DNA of 64,000 nucleotides from Raillietiella orientalis (lineage: Eukaryota). This document shows positions 11,917 through 23,454 of this stretch, piece by piece. The notes under the pieces are model-generated. The model was not told the origin of the DNA. It saw only the letters and a list, made by a program, of their open reading frames with translations, and did not search any database. Each line of letters begins with the position of its first letter. Position 1 is the stretch's first letter. The stretch is taken from the NCBI GenBank assembly GCA_036172245.1, contig JAYWIR010000020.1, positions 2,914,001 through 2,978,000 on the forward strand, read 5' to 3'. Position numbers and translations under genes: made by a program.

Positions 11917-12164
11917 GTCGCAATTCACACCCGGATGTGCCGGGGCATTTATTTCTTTGAAATAAAAATACATGAAATGTCGCAATTGACACCCGGATGT
12001 GCCGGGGCATTTATTTCTTTGAAATAAAAATACATGAAATGTCGCAATTCACACCCGGGTGTGCCGGGGCATTTACTTCTTTGAAATAAAAATACATGAA
12101 ATGTCGCAATTCACACCCGGGTGTGCCGGGGCATTTATTTCTTGGAAATAAAAATACATGGAAT
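11917..12164 (-). repeat. Four tandem 62-bp copies of the LINE 3' terminal unit (AATAAA plus hairpin)
   Basis: Units start at 11917, 11979, 12041 and 12103. Consensus GTCGCAATTCACACCCGGRTGTGCCGGGGCATTTATTTCTTTGAAATAAAAATACATGAAAT, with no spacers. Confidence 0.95.
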
Positions 12165-14947
12165 ATCGCGTGGCGAACTCGAAGGTTCACCACTCCAAAA
12201 CAGCTTGCTGGTTACCGGCTCCATGCCGGAGAGGTCCTTCCGATGCGCGGGGATGGGAAATAAAGAAAAACAAAAAGAAACAAAAAGTTCAAATGTGGGG
12301 GAGGGAACAAATGTTGTAGGGGTGGGAGGGCCGGGAAGGGATCACGGTGCGCGTGGAGAGGTCCTCTAGATCCTATTCAGGATCCGCACAAGCTGAGTCC
12401 TTTCAGCGCCCAAGTGGCGCTACTTGCAGACACTGCGCGCGAAAAGGCGAGTCCAGTGTAAGGCGTTGCCGGTTGGCTGGCGCCTTCTTCTGGTGGCGTT
12501 CCAAGCCGCCACTATTCCTCTGATGCAGCAGAGGACTGCTACACTAGCGGGCGGGGACAAGGCGTCACTACAGAAGAGGCGCCTGAAAACGTCCTTTGGG
12601 CCGCATCCGCGCAAGTCCAGGATCGCCGCGAGACGATCCCACAAAGGGCGGAGGGCGCTTCATTCAAGGAGAAGGTGGGGGAATTTTTGTTTTTCCCCAC
12701 ACCGGTCACAATTGGGATCCACAGCCCCCCGGGTGGTGTGGTGCAGGCGTGCTTTGAATGGTAATCCCCAGAGTACCACAAGCAACGCCACATCCTGCCA
12801 TTTCAGGGGGAGGGATGCACTGTTCCAGGACGCTGGGGGCCACTTCATCTCCTCCGGAGATAGTCCGAGTAGCTCACCCCAGCGTCGAAATCCGTTGGGC
12901 GGGACGCTCGGCGTCGCAGCGTGAGCTAGCTGCCGAGATGTCCACGCCTTTATCGATTGTGTCCTACCGCCTATAGTGCAGGACACGGTCCATTTCCCCT
13001 GCTCGCTACTGTCCCTGGCATTCACAAGGAGGGGCAGCACTGGGGCAAGGGGGGTTATCAAGGCCCACAGAAGCTTGTCGTGGGACTGCACGATCTCCTG
13101 CAGCGTCCAGCGGGCGTGCCTTTTCATACAAGTGTTCCTTGTGCCCGCCGGAACGTGGATCTTTTCCCAGGTGGAGACTGACTCGTGCAACCAGGCGGAG
13201 TAGTTCCCTGGGAGGCAGGAGATCCAGGCGTTCTCCCGGACCGCAACGAATATGCGTCGCAGCATAGAGCCACAGTACGGTCTTCTGCAGACGCGCGCAG
13301 ACAGAAACGACAAAAGTCCGTCGAATCCGCAGGCTCGTTGGGCCAGGAGGCGTGCTGGAACTCACCAAGGCGTGTCCCACAATTCCGCCGCAAGGGCGAG
13401 AGTCCTGAACCTGAGTTGTAGTTCCATGCGCTCCAGCGTAAGAACGCCAAGTCCACCGTCCTTACGTGGAGCGCACAAGTCTTTGAGCCTCACACGGGAC
13501 CTCCCTTTGCCCCAAAGGACTGTCCTCAGGAGGCCCGCTGCTCGTTTTCGGAGAAAATAAGGGGCGGGGCAAACAAAAAGTAGGGGGCGAAGGAGGGGAG
13601 CCGCAAACGCGTTCCACACCGCGGCCCGTTCCTGCAAGTAGAACTTGCCTTCTTGGAACGGACCGATCGCCAACGCTGCCTTTTGGAGACGGTCGGACCA
13701 GGCTTCTGCTGCGCAGAAGTCCCCCATCGGAACGCCTAGGTACTTGAAGCACCTGTCCGTGGGGATCCCCAAGCGGATCCAATCCGACCGTCCAGCCCAC
13801 GCCGAACCGACGAAGACCATGGACGACTTCGCCCTGTTCACCTCCAGGCCCGTCCCGCGGCGCAGCAACTCGAAGTCCTCGAGCGCACTCGCCGGGGTGG
13901 ACCCGGGAAGCAGCAGCAGAAGATCGTCTGCATAGGCCGACACGGCAGGCGTGCCGGCACACGAGCTCGGCAGGGCTGCCAGAGTTACCCTGTATGCCCT
14001 CAGCACCAACTCAAAGTAGATGCTGAAGAGCAAGGGGCTCAGGCTGTCACCCTGCCGGATGCCGCGGCGTACGGGCACGCCGTACACGTGCCGGCCGCTG
14101 AAACCAATATTGATTGAAGCGTTGCGCCAGCAGGAGCGCAGGTAAGATTGAAGCACGGCAGGGAAACCCATGCGTTCCAGGAGCTCCAGAAGGAGATCCT
14201 GGTCGACGCAGTCGAATGCTTTGTGCAAATCGACCGCGACGGCAAAGGCTCCCGCCGAGTCCATCCCACCCTCTGCCCGATCTTCTTGGTCAGAGGGGGG
14301 CGCGAGGCTCCCTTGACCGTCCTGTGCAACGCGTTGTCGCAACGGCCACCATGAGCTGGCGAGGAGCAGGTTGGCCTCCATGGTTCGTCCGGGAACAGCA
14401 TAGGTCTGCTCGGGACTCACCACGGAAGCGGCCACCCGCCCCAAACGCTCAGCCCACAACTTGGCATACAACTTTGCGTCCGCATTCACTACTGTGATGG
14501 GACTCCAGTTGCCAATGTTGCGTAAGTCTCCTGACTTCGGCAGGAGACGTACTTTAGCTGACCGGAACGAGGCGGGAACTTCGCCGTGTTCGCGGATCAG
14601 CGCACTTAACCTGAGCACCAGGGGGGACAGCTCTGGCGCGAAGCGATGGTAAAACTCCGCGGGCAGGCCGTCCTCCCCTGGTGCCTTCCTTCTCTTGAGC
14701 CTGTTGATGGCGGAGATGATCTCTGCCATCGTGAACGGTTCCGCCAATCTGGAACGGTCCTCCTCCTTGAGCGCGGGAGCGCCATCCGGCAGCAGGCGCT
14801 GCGCGAAATGGCGCTCAGGTGTCAGTGGCGCGTACAAGGAGGAATAAAACTCCCGCACGATGCGGCTTACCTGGGCTGGGCTGGAGCGTTCTTGGCCCTG
14901 ATGATCCAGCAGGCTGGCCGAGCCTGACTGCCAGGCCTGCCTCTCCG
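11917..14947 (-). mobile_element. 5'-truncated Tx1/L1-clade LINE (complete RT domain, C-terminal zinc finger, 3' UTR)
   Basis: Begins at ERQAWQSGSASLL. Has KAPGEDG, VDLHKAFD, GIRQGDSLSP, YADD, FKYLG and CDRCGEKQKFPHLLLEC, with frameshifts in the C-terminal part. Confidence 0.95.
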
Positions 14948-15049
14948 GATACCCTTGGCGAGTGGACGTGTGTTTCCTTCGCTCCCGAGTGAGTCGACAG
15001 GAAGCGGTTTTTTCTTTTGTTGTTTGGTGTGGAACATCGTTGGTGTCCG

Positions 15050-16795
15050 ATGGCAGCGATGCCTGAGGACACCACGATGGAGGTAGGTGTGGGGGAGGCT
15101 TGCCCACCCCCACAGCTTACAGAATCAGGGGCGTCCGCCCCGGAATCGCCCTCGCCGCCCAAGACGAGAAGCTGGAGCGCCATGGTGGCCGCGCCGAGCG
15201 CGGAAACCGTGGCCGAGATGGCGGTTTACCGGGCTGCTGGGTACAAGCCCAGCTTGGTATACCAGGTAGGCCCCTTATTTGATGGAAAAACGGCACGCGC
15301 GTTTTCGAAAGCGCTGCAAAACGCCGGAGTAAGAGAACAAGATCTCGACGGTTTGTCCGTTCTCAGCGGAGGTCAGCGAGTCGAGGTGGTGTGCAAGGAG
15401 ATCACCTTGGCTCAGACTCTGATCACCAACCCGCTGAACGTCGACGGCCGCAAGATCTTACCGGTGACGATGGACCGCTCCGTGGTGGTCCATCTCACTG
15501 GAATAACGAGCCGTATGACTCGCTCTGCGGTAGCACAAGAACTGCAAAAGTTCGGCGAGGTGCACGCGCTATGGCCTAAGCCAACAATCTTTGAAGGCTT
15601 CAATAGCCATTTCGGAGGCCAAGTTGCAGCGCGGGTAACCGTGAGTAAGGATTGGGGGCTTCCCCACAAGCTGGAGGTCGCGCAAGAGAGCGCGGACCTC
15701 TGGTACGTGGGAAAGCCCCGGTATTGCGGCTACTGCGATACCGTAGGACACCTTCGCAAGAGGTGTCCTAACATCCAATGCCACATGTGCGGGGAGAAGG
15801 GCCACGTTCGACGTGTGTGCCCAAAACGCCCCACCCCGGATCCTCCTGCCGCGAAAAAGGCGCAGGGGAAACGCGCACTAAAGGTCACAAGACCTACGGC
15901 GGACGCTGGCCGGCAGAAGCTGCCAGATCCTCAACCTCCAAAAGAAAAGACGGAGGGTGAACCTCCCCAAGAGGCGGAAGGTGAAGAGGGCTGGCAACTT
16001 GTAGCAGCCAGAAAAGAGAAAAAATCTCCTTTAAAGGAGAAGAAAGAGAAGCCGGCCGGTAAGGCAAAAAAACCCGTGCCGCGTTCGAAAACCTTACGCG
16101 AGTGCACGGTGGCACTGGAACGTATCGTCGATACGGAAGATGCCACCCGGGGCGATCAGCCTCCCCTCGCCGTTTCCGTCGCGCCCAAAGTTCGCGACGG
16201 CGAACCCTCTGTGCAAACATAGGGTGAGCCGCGTGACGCACCGGTCGACACCGAGGACGCCGCGTTCGCAAAGGCGGCGGAGGAGCTCGCGGCCACGCTG
16301 GCGGAGCGTGAGAACCCCTCACGCAAGGCCGTGCGAAGGCCGGCTCCCGCGAAAAAGGCCCCCACAGGTGAGTCCGATCTGGGGGCCGGAAGTGCATCCT
16401 CCTCCTCGGAGGCACCCCCCAGGAAGTCGGGACGCAAGTCCCAGAAACCCAGGAGGCGAATCCCCTCCACCAGCGAGAAGGAGAAGCAGGAAGCTAGCGG
16501 TAGCGTGGGAATCCCGGAGGTGGAACTCCCACGCTCGGAAGCCGTCGAGCCGCCCACCCCCATGGAGGGTGAGCAGGGGGGCGAAGTCCTCCCTGCAGTC
16601 GCCGAGCCTGAACAGCCCGCCCCCATGGAGGAGGGCCAACCGGCAGGCGCGACCCCACCTGAGGGTGACCCGCTCGACACGCCGTTACCGATGGAGGAGG
16701 GGGACCAGGTGCACGCAGCGCCTGACCCTCCTTCTCCACCTAGCGTCCCGCCCCAACAGGTGGCGGATGCCGCATCGCCATCTTCCCAGGAGTAA
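15050..16795 (+). pseudogene. LINE ORF1 (RRM-like region, two CCHC zinc knuckles, low-complexity tail), premature stop at 16220
   Basis: VVVHLTGIT...LQKFGEV, CGYCDTVGHLRKRC and CHMCGEKGHVRRVC. The paralogue at 21610-23366 has Glu where this copy has TAG. Confidence 0.9.
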
Positions 16796-19700
16796 CACCT
16801 GGGCTCGCCAGTCGCCGTCGGATTCGCGCCGCCTGTTGGAATGTCAACGGGCTGCGCGACGACGGTAACAGGCGAGATACGGCCGACACCCTGCGTGAGC
16901 TCGACCTGGCCCTGCTGCAGGAGATCCACGTGATCACCGCGGCAGACGTCCAGGAGATCCAGACAATCGCGGGGGGTCGGTTGTATTGGCGGTGCGGCCT
17001 CCGCAACACCTGCGCAGTAGCGTTCTTCGTGAAGCCGGCCATTGACGCTGCCGTGAAGGGCGTGCGCATCGATAACGAGGGTCTGGTCGGTCAGCTGATT
17101 CTCAGCTGGTCCGACTCGATCGAACTGATCGTCACGAATGTGTACGCCCCCAGCGGTAAACAGGGATACAGCGACCGTACCAGGCTGCTGATTCCCTGAA
17201 GCGCGACTGGCTGGCGGACACGAACGTGCGGAAGGCTCACCTGATAGCGGGAGATTTCAATCTCCGTCTGCTAACAGGTGAGCCAGAAACACAAGAGAAC
17301 GCGATGAACGAGTTGTGCGCCGCCATGCGTGCGCGCAACTTGTTCGCGGGTGAGAGGGGAATGGTCCGCAGCATCGACCACGTCTTCCTCGACGCTGACC
17401 TGTGTTCACGGGTCGGCAAACGGGGGAGGGTTGCGTCGACGTTGTCCGACCATTCCCGGTTAATTTTCGAGATGCGGCCTCGCGACAAGGGACCGCCATC
17501 CAGGGATTGGCGTCTGCCGGGGGACTGGACGCGACTCTCAGGTGCGAAGGAACACCTTCGCGAATACCTGAGAGGCGTCATGCTCCGGAATCTCCAGGAC
17601 TGGGACCTATTTAAGGAATCGGTCCGCGAGTTCTGTGAGCAGTTCCCCCTGGATCGCCTGCCTTCCGGATTCGGCGAGGGTGCTCGCAACCTTCGGGCCT
17701 ATTTACAGGCTCGTAGGTACGAGAGAACCCCTAATGTCCGTCGCCTGGCCGAGTACCGCGCCGGGGCCCAACGCCAAGCCTGGCAATCGGGGTCGGCCAG
17801 CTTGCTGGACGACCAGGGCCGGGAATCTTCGTCCCCGGCGTCGGTACGGAATCTCGTGCGAAGTTTTCATTCCTCCCTTAATGCCAGGGAGCCACCGAAC
17901 CGAAACGCCTCTCGGCGCTTGCTTCCGGATGGCGCCCCGGCAATAGGGGAGGAGGAGATGGAAAGCCTCGACGAGCCCTTTACCACGGGCGAAATTCTCG
18001 CCGGTATCAAACGGCTCAAGAGGCGTAAAGCTCCAGGGGAAGACGGCTTGCCCGCGGAGTTCTTTCAGAGCTTCAGGGAAGAGCTGGCACCCCTGCTGCT
18101 TAAGTTCATCAGGCTGATCCGAGACGAAGGCGATGTTCCCGCCTCGTTTCGGTCAGCCAGAGTGAGGCTCCTCCCGAAAGGGGGAGACCTCAGAGATTTA
18201 AAGAACTGGCGTCCGATCACGATCGTGAATACGGACGCCAAGTTGATAGCAGGGCTATGGGCTTCGCGTCTGGGGCAGGTGGCAGAATCCGTAATTAGCC
18301 CGAAGCAGACTTATGCTGTTCCCGGGCGAAGTATGGATGCCAACCTCTTCTTCGCAAGCACATGGGTGCACCTGCAGAGAAGAGAAAAGAAAGGGATAGG
18401 GAAAGTCGGCAACCCCACATTGGGGCCTCCAGCCGAGCTGGGAAGGGACCCCCGGGCGGGGAAGGGGGCCCTAGCGCTCGCAGTCGACCTCCACAAGGCG
18501 TTCGACTGTGTAGACCAGGAACTCCTCTTGGAGCTCCTGGGTCGCATGGGCTTCCTACCCTCCCTGATTTCCTACCTGCGTTCTTGCTGGTGGAATGCGA
18601 CGATTACCGTCTCTTTCAGCGGTCACAAGGTATATGGCGTGCCGGTGCGGCGGGGCATAATGCAGCGAGATACCTTCAGCCCCCTGCTCTTCAGCACCTA
18701 CTTTGAGTTTGTGCTGACAGCGTACAGGGTGACTTTGGCTCCCTTGCCGAGCTCGTGCCCCGGCACGCCCGCCGTTGCAGCGTACGCCGATGATCTTCTG
18801 CTCTTGTTGCCAATGTCCACCCCGGCAAAGGCGTTCGTAGACTTCTTCGATCTGCTCAGCCGCGGGACCGGACTGCAGGTTAACAGGGCGAAATCGTCGG
18901 TTGTGCCAATAGGTGCGGCGTGGGGAGGGCAGCAGGACTGGGTCCGTCTGGGGATCCCCACGGCGAGGTGCTTCAAGTACCTTGGTGTGCCGTTGGGGGA
19001 CTACTCCTCTGCGGAAGCTTGGTCCAGCTGCCTCCAAAAAGTTGAGACGGCGATCGGACCGTTCCTGGAAGGCAAGTTTCACTTGCCGGAACGGGCCGCG
19101 GTGTGGAACGCGTTCGCGGCTTCCATCCTCCGCCCCCTGCTTTTTGTTTGCCCCGTCCCGCCGCAGTTGAAATAACGGACGAAGGACACCCTAAGGATCG
19201 CCCTTTGGGGAAGAGGGAGGCCCGAGTCCCGTTGATGGACTTGTGTGCTCCGCGTCTAAATGGTGGTCTCGGCCTCTTGACGCTGGAGCGAGTGGAGACT
19301 CAGCTGCGGTGGCGAACCCTCGCCATCGCAGCGAAGATGTGGAGCACCCCTTGGTGCACTCCGGCCCGCCTCCTGGCCAGCCGTGTGTCCCGGTGCGATG
19401 GACTCGCGTCTTTTCTTCTGAGCCGTGGCCGCAAGATGCGAAGATGCGGCCTACTGCTCGGGCGCATGGCAACATTGGCCAAGGAGAACAGCTGGATGGT
19501 TTGCTGCCCCGCCAACTCCCCCGCCTGGCTGGAGGAGAATATTGGAACGTGGGCAGTAGTTAACCAGAGAAGCCACGAGACGTGGAATCGTCTCCGATGC
19601 AGCCCCTACGCCCGCTGCACGCTGCGGAATCTCCTGGAGAGTCCAGCAAGATGCACGTGCGCAGAGACGACCTGCCTAGCTACGGCGCTGCCCTTCCTAA

Positions 19701-20389
19701 GGAGAGCACTTCACAGCACCCGGACGCCAAGGTGGCAAGTCTCCTGCTGCATCGAGGGACGCGAGAAGTTGATCAGCGGCTGGACAACAGGAGAACTGGC
19801 CGACGCTACGACCCCGAGCGTCCAGCCGCGAGGATTATTAAGATGGGGCGAGCTGCTCGCCATCCCCAGGGATGAGCTGAAGTGGCCCCCGGTGATGAAA
19901 GAATCCAGGATGCTGCCCCTCAAGTGGCAAGAGTCGGCGTTGCTTTTGTTGCACTGGGGTCTACCCTGCAACGCGCGCCGCTTCCACTGGACGAGGGGAG
20001 CTCTGGATCCTGCGTGTGCCAGCTGCGGGGAGCGGGAGTCGCTTCCCCACCTTATTGTGGATTGTGCTGCCCTCCGACCCCTTTGGGAACGGTTCGGGGC
20101 GACCCTGGGGCTCCCTACGGTCAGCACCCCCAGAGACGTTCTTCGGCCCCTCTTCGTGAAGGACGCACTGCAGCCAGCCGCAGCCATCGCAGCCTTGTGC
20201 TGTGTCCGTGGCATCGTGGCGGCATGGAGCGACGCCAATAACGAAGGAGTGGATCCACACGCGAGGGATGTCATCCCCTACGCCCAACGCTTCATGCGGA
20301 GAGCTGTTGGATGGCCCCAACTGGGGAATATACAGACTGACCTCGAGGGCTTCGTTCGACGGAAGGGCCCTCCCTACAGTGACCAGTGA
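16744..20389 (+). pseudogene. LINE ORF2 (APE endonuclease, reverse transcriptase, CCHC zinc finger); frameshifts at ~17190 and ~19225, stop at 19173
   Basis: WNVNGL, LLQE, NVYAP, GDFN, IDHVF, SDH, WRPI, DLHKAFD, YADD, KYLG and CASCGERESLPHLIVDC. Confidence 0.93.
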
Positions 20390-20592
20390 TCCCTTCCCCG
20401 CCCTCCAACTTCTTTTTGTTTGTTTCTTTATATTTTTCTTTTTGTCTTATCCCCATCCCCCTTCGCTGTCGGGTAGTGCCACGCCGGGGTGCGTCCCGGT
20501 GTCCCGACAGGTCGCGTGTTTACGGCCGTAGTGGGGCCTCGTTCCACGCATGTAGAGTTTACAAATAAACGCCCCGGGCGCACCCAGGTGAC

Positions 20593-23454
20593 AACGCCGA
20601 AACCTGGAGGGAGACGCTTCAGGGGAAACTAGTAGAACTCGCGGACTGATTTCTTCAATTCGTCCCAGTCCGCGAGCGACTGCAGATGGAATCCTTGCAG
20701 GAACGAGCGAAGATGTTGCGCTGCTCCTGCGAGGTGCAACCAGTCCCCTGGCAAACGACACGCTGTGGAGGGTTGACCTCTACCGCGCGGGTGTATTTCT
20801 AGCACGACTCGGGGATGGTCGGAAGGTTCGGATGGCACTGCCCTTCGATTTCCCACCCGCGAACATAGGTGGTTGTCGAGGAACATGTGGTCGATCTTCG
20901 TCTCCGTGCCGGCGTCACCGGCCAACAAGTTGCGCGCGTGCATGGCAGCGCACATCTCGTTGAGCAGCTGTGCGCGAATGTCGGGCGCACCTGCCAGCAG
21001 GCGGACGTTAAAGTCCCCGGCAATGAGGTGCGTTTTTCGCATGTCTGCTTCGGCCAGCCAATCTCGCCGCAGGCCTTCGAAGAACGCACAACTCGTTCAT
21101 CGCGTTCTCTTGTGTTTCTGCCTTACCTGTTAGCAGACGGAGATTGAAATCTCCCGCTATCAGCTGAGCCTACCACTCGTTCTTGTCCTCCAGCCAGTCG
21201 CGTTTCAGGGATTCCAGCAACCTGCTGCGGTCGCTGTATCCCTTTTTTCCGCACGGGGCGTACACATTCCTGACGATCAGTTCGATCGAGTCGGACCAGC
21301 TGAGAATCAGCTGACCGACCCTACCATCGTCATCGAAGCGCCCGCCCTTCACGGCAGCGTCGATGGAAGGCTTCACGAAGAACGCGACTCCGCAGGTGTT
21401 GCGGAGGCAGCATCGACAATACAAGCAACCCCCCGCGATCGTCTAGATCTCCTGGGCGTCTGCCGCGGTGATCACGTGGATCTCGTGCGGTAGGGCCAGG
21501 TGGAGCTCACGCAGGGTGTCGGCCGTATCTCGCCTGTTACCGTCGTCGCGCAGCCCGTTTACGTTCCAACAGGCGGCGCGAATCAGACGGCGACTGGCGA
21601 GCCCAGGTGTTACTCCTGGGAAAATGGCGATGCGGCGTCCGTCACCTGTTGGGGCGGGACGCTAGGTGGAGGAGGAGGGTCGGGCGCTGAGTGCACCTGT
21701 TCCTCCTCCTCCATAGGTAACGGCGCGTCGAGCGGGTCACCCTCAGGTGGGTTCGCGCCTATCTGTTGGCCCTCCTCCATGGGGGCGCGCTGTTCAGGCT
21801 CGGCGACTGCAGGGAGGACTTCGCCCCCCTGCTCACCCTTCTCCATGGGGGTGGCCGGCTCGACGGCTTCCGAGCGTGGGAGTTCGCCCTCCGGGATTCC
21901 TATCCTTCCGCTACGTTCCTCCTTCTCCTCCCTGGTGGAGGGGAGGCGCCTCCTGGGTTTCTGCGACTTGCGTCCCGACTTCCTGGGGGGTGCCTCCGAG
22001 GAGGAGAGTGTGCTTCCGGCCTCCAGGTCCAACTCACCTGTGGGGGCCTTTTTCGCGGAAGCCGGCCTTCGGACGGCCTCGCGCGAGGGGTTCTCACGCT
22101 CGGCCAGCGTAACCGCTAGCTCCTCCGCCGCCTGCGCGAACGCGGCCTCCTCGACTTCCACCGTAGCTATTTCGCGCGGCTCACCCTCTGTGTTAACAGA
22201 GGGTTCGCCGTCGCGAACCTCGGGTGCGGCCGAAACGGCGAGGAAAGGCTCCTCGCCCCGGGTGGCAGTCTCGGGAACGGCTATGCGCTCCAGTGGCACC
22301 GTACATTCCCGCATGGTCTTGGAGCGCGTCCCAGGATTTCTGGTTTTGCCGGCTGTCTTTTTGACCGCTTTCGCGGGTTCCGCGTGGGGCACCTTTTTCT
22401 CCTTCCTGGCCTTAACCAGCTGCCAGCGGTCCTGGAATCCCGCGTCTTCGGAAGGTTTTCTTCCGACGCATATGTGGGAGGTACAGGGGCTAGCGGCTGC
22501 TGCCGGCTATTATCTCTCTTTGTTCTTTCGACCAATTTTCCGCGTTTTCCCTGCGCTTTCTTTGCGGCAGGCGGCACCGGAGTGGGGCGTTTAGGGCATA
22601 CGCGGCGCACGTGGCCCTTCTCCCCGCATAAGTGGCACACAATGTTCGGGCACCGCTTGCGCAAGTGTCCTACTGCATTGCAGTAGCCACAAAAGCGGGG
22701 TTTCCCCACGTACCAGAGGTCTACGACTTCGTCATTGACCTCTAGTTTGTGGAAAAGCCCACTCTCCTTGTTCACCGTCACGCGCGCGGCGGCCTACCCT
22801 CCGAAATGGCTATCGTAGCCATCGAAGATTGTGGCATTTGGCCATAACGCGTCAACTTCTCCGTATTTTCGCAGTTGATCACCAACCGCAGACCGCGTCA
22901 TGCGGCTGGTGATGCCAGTAATATGGACCACTACGGCGCGGTCCATCGTGACTGGCAGGATCCTGTGTCCGTCCACGTTCAGCGGGGTAGTAATCAAGCT
23001 TTGCGCCAAGGTGATGTCCTTGCCGACAACCTCGACGCGCTGACCCCCGCTGAGCACGGATAGACCGTCAAGATCCTTTTCTAAAACGTTGGCGTTCTGC
23101 AGCGCCTTCGAAAAAGCGTGTGCAGCTCGCCCGTCAAAGAGATTGCCTACCTGGTACACCAGGCTGGGCTTGTACCCTGCTGCCCGGTAGGCTGCCATCT
23201 CGGCCACGGTTCCCGCGCTCGGCGCGGCCACCATGGCGCTCCAGCTCCTCGCCTTGAGCGGCGAGGGCGATTCCGGGGCGGACGCCCCTGATTCTGTAAG
23301 CTGTGGGGGTGGACAAGCCTCACCAACACCTACCTCCATCGTGGTGTCCTCAGGCATCGCTGCCATCGGACACCACCGATATTCCACACCAAAAACAGCA
23401 CAAGAAAAAACTGCTTTCTGTCGACTAGCTCGGGAGCCCATGAATAACACGTCC
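20593..23454 (-). mobile_element. Inverted 5' half of a Tx1/L1 LINE (5' UTR, ORF1, endonuclease), with an internal subfamily switch/duplication at ~21080
   Basis: Closely similar to 14964-17315 in reverse orientation. The AGDFN segment occurs twice (~21150 and ~21015). Ends at RLPPGFGV. Confidence 0.92.

Larger units (their letters stand above)
14964..20592 (+). mobile_element. Full-length (~5.6 kb) Tx1/L1-clade LINE, recently inactivated
   Basis: 5' UTR starting GGACGTG, shared with the copy ending at 23454. Contains ORF1, ORF2 and a 3' UTR with AATAAA-hairpin at 20564-20590. Only a few disabling lesions. Confidence 0.95.

Noticed and set aside
11917..12164. CRISPR array
   Set aside because: Units are contiguous near-identical 62-mers with no unique spacers, there are no cas genes, and the unit equals the LINE 3' terminus.
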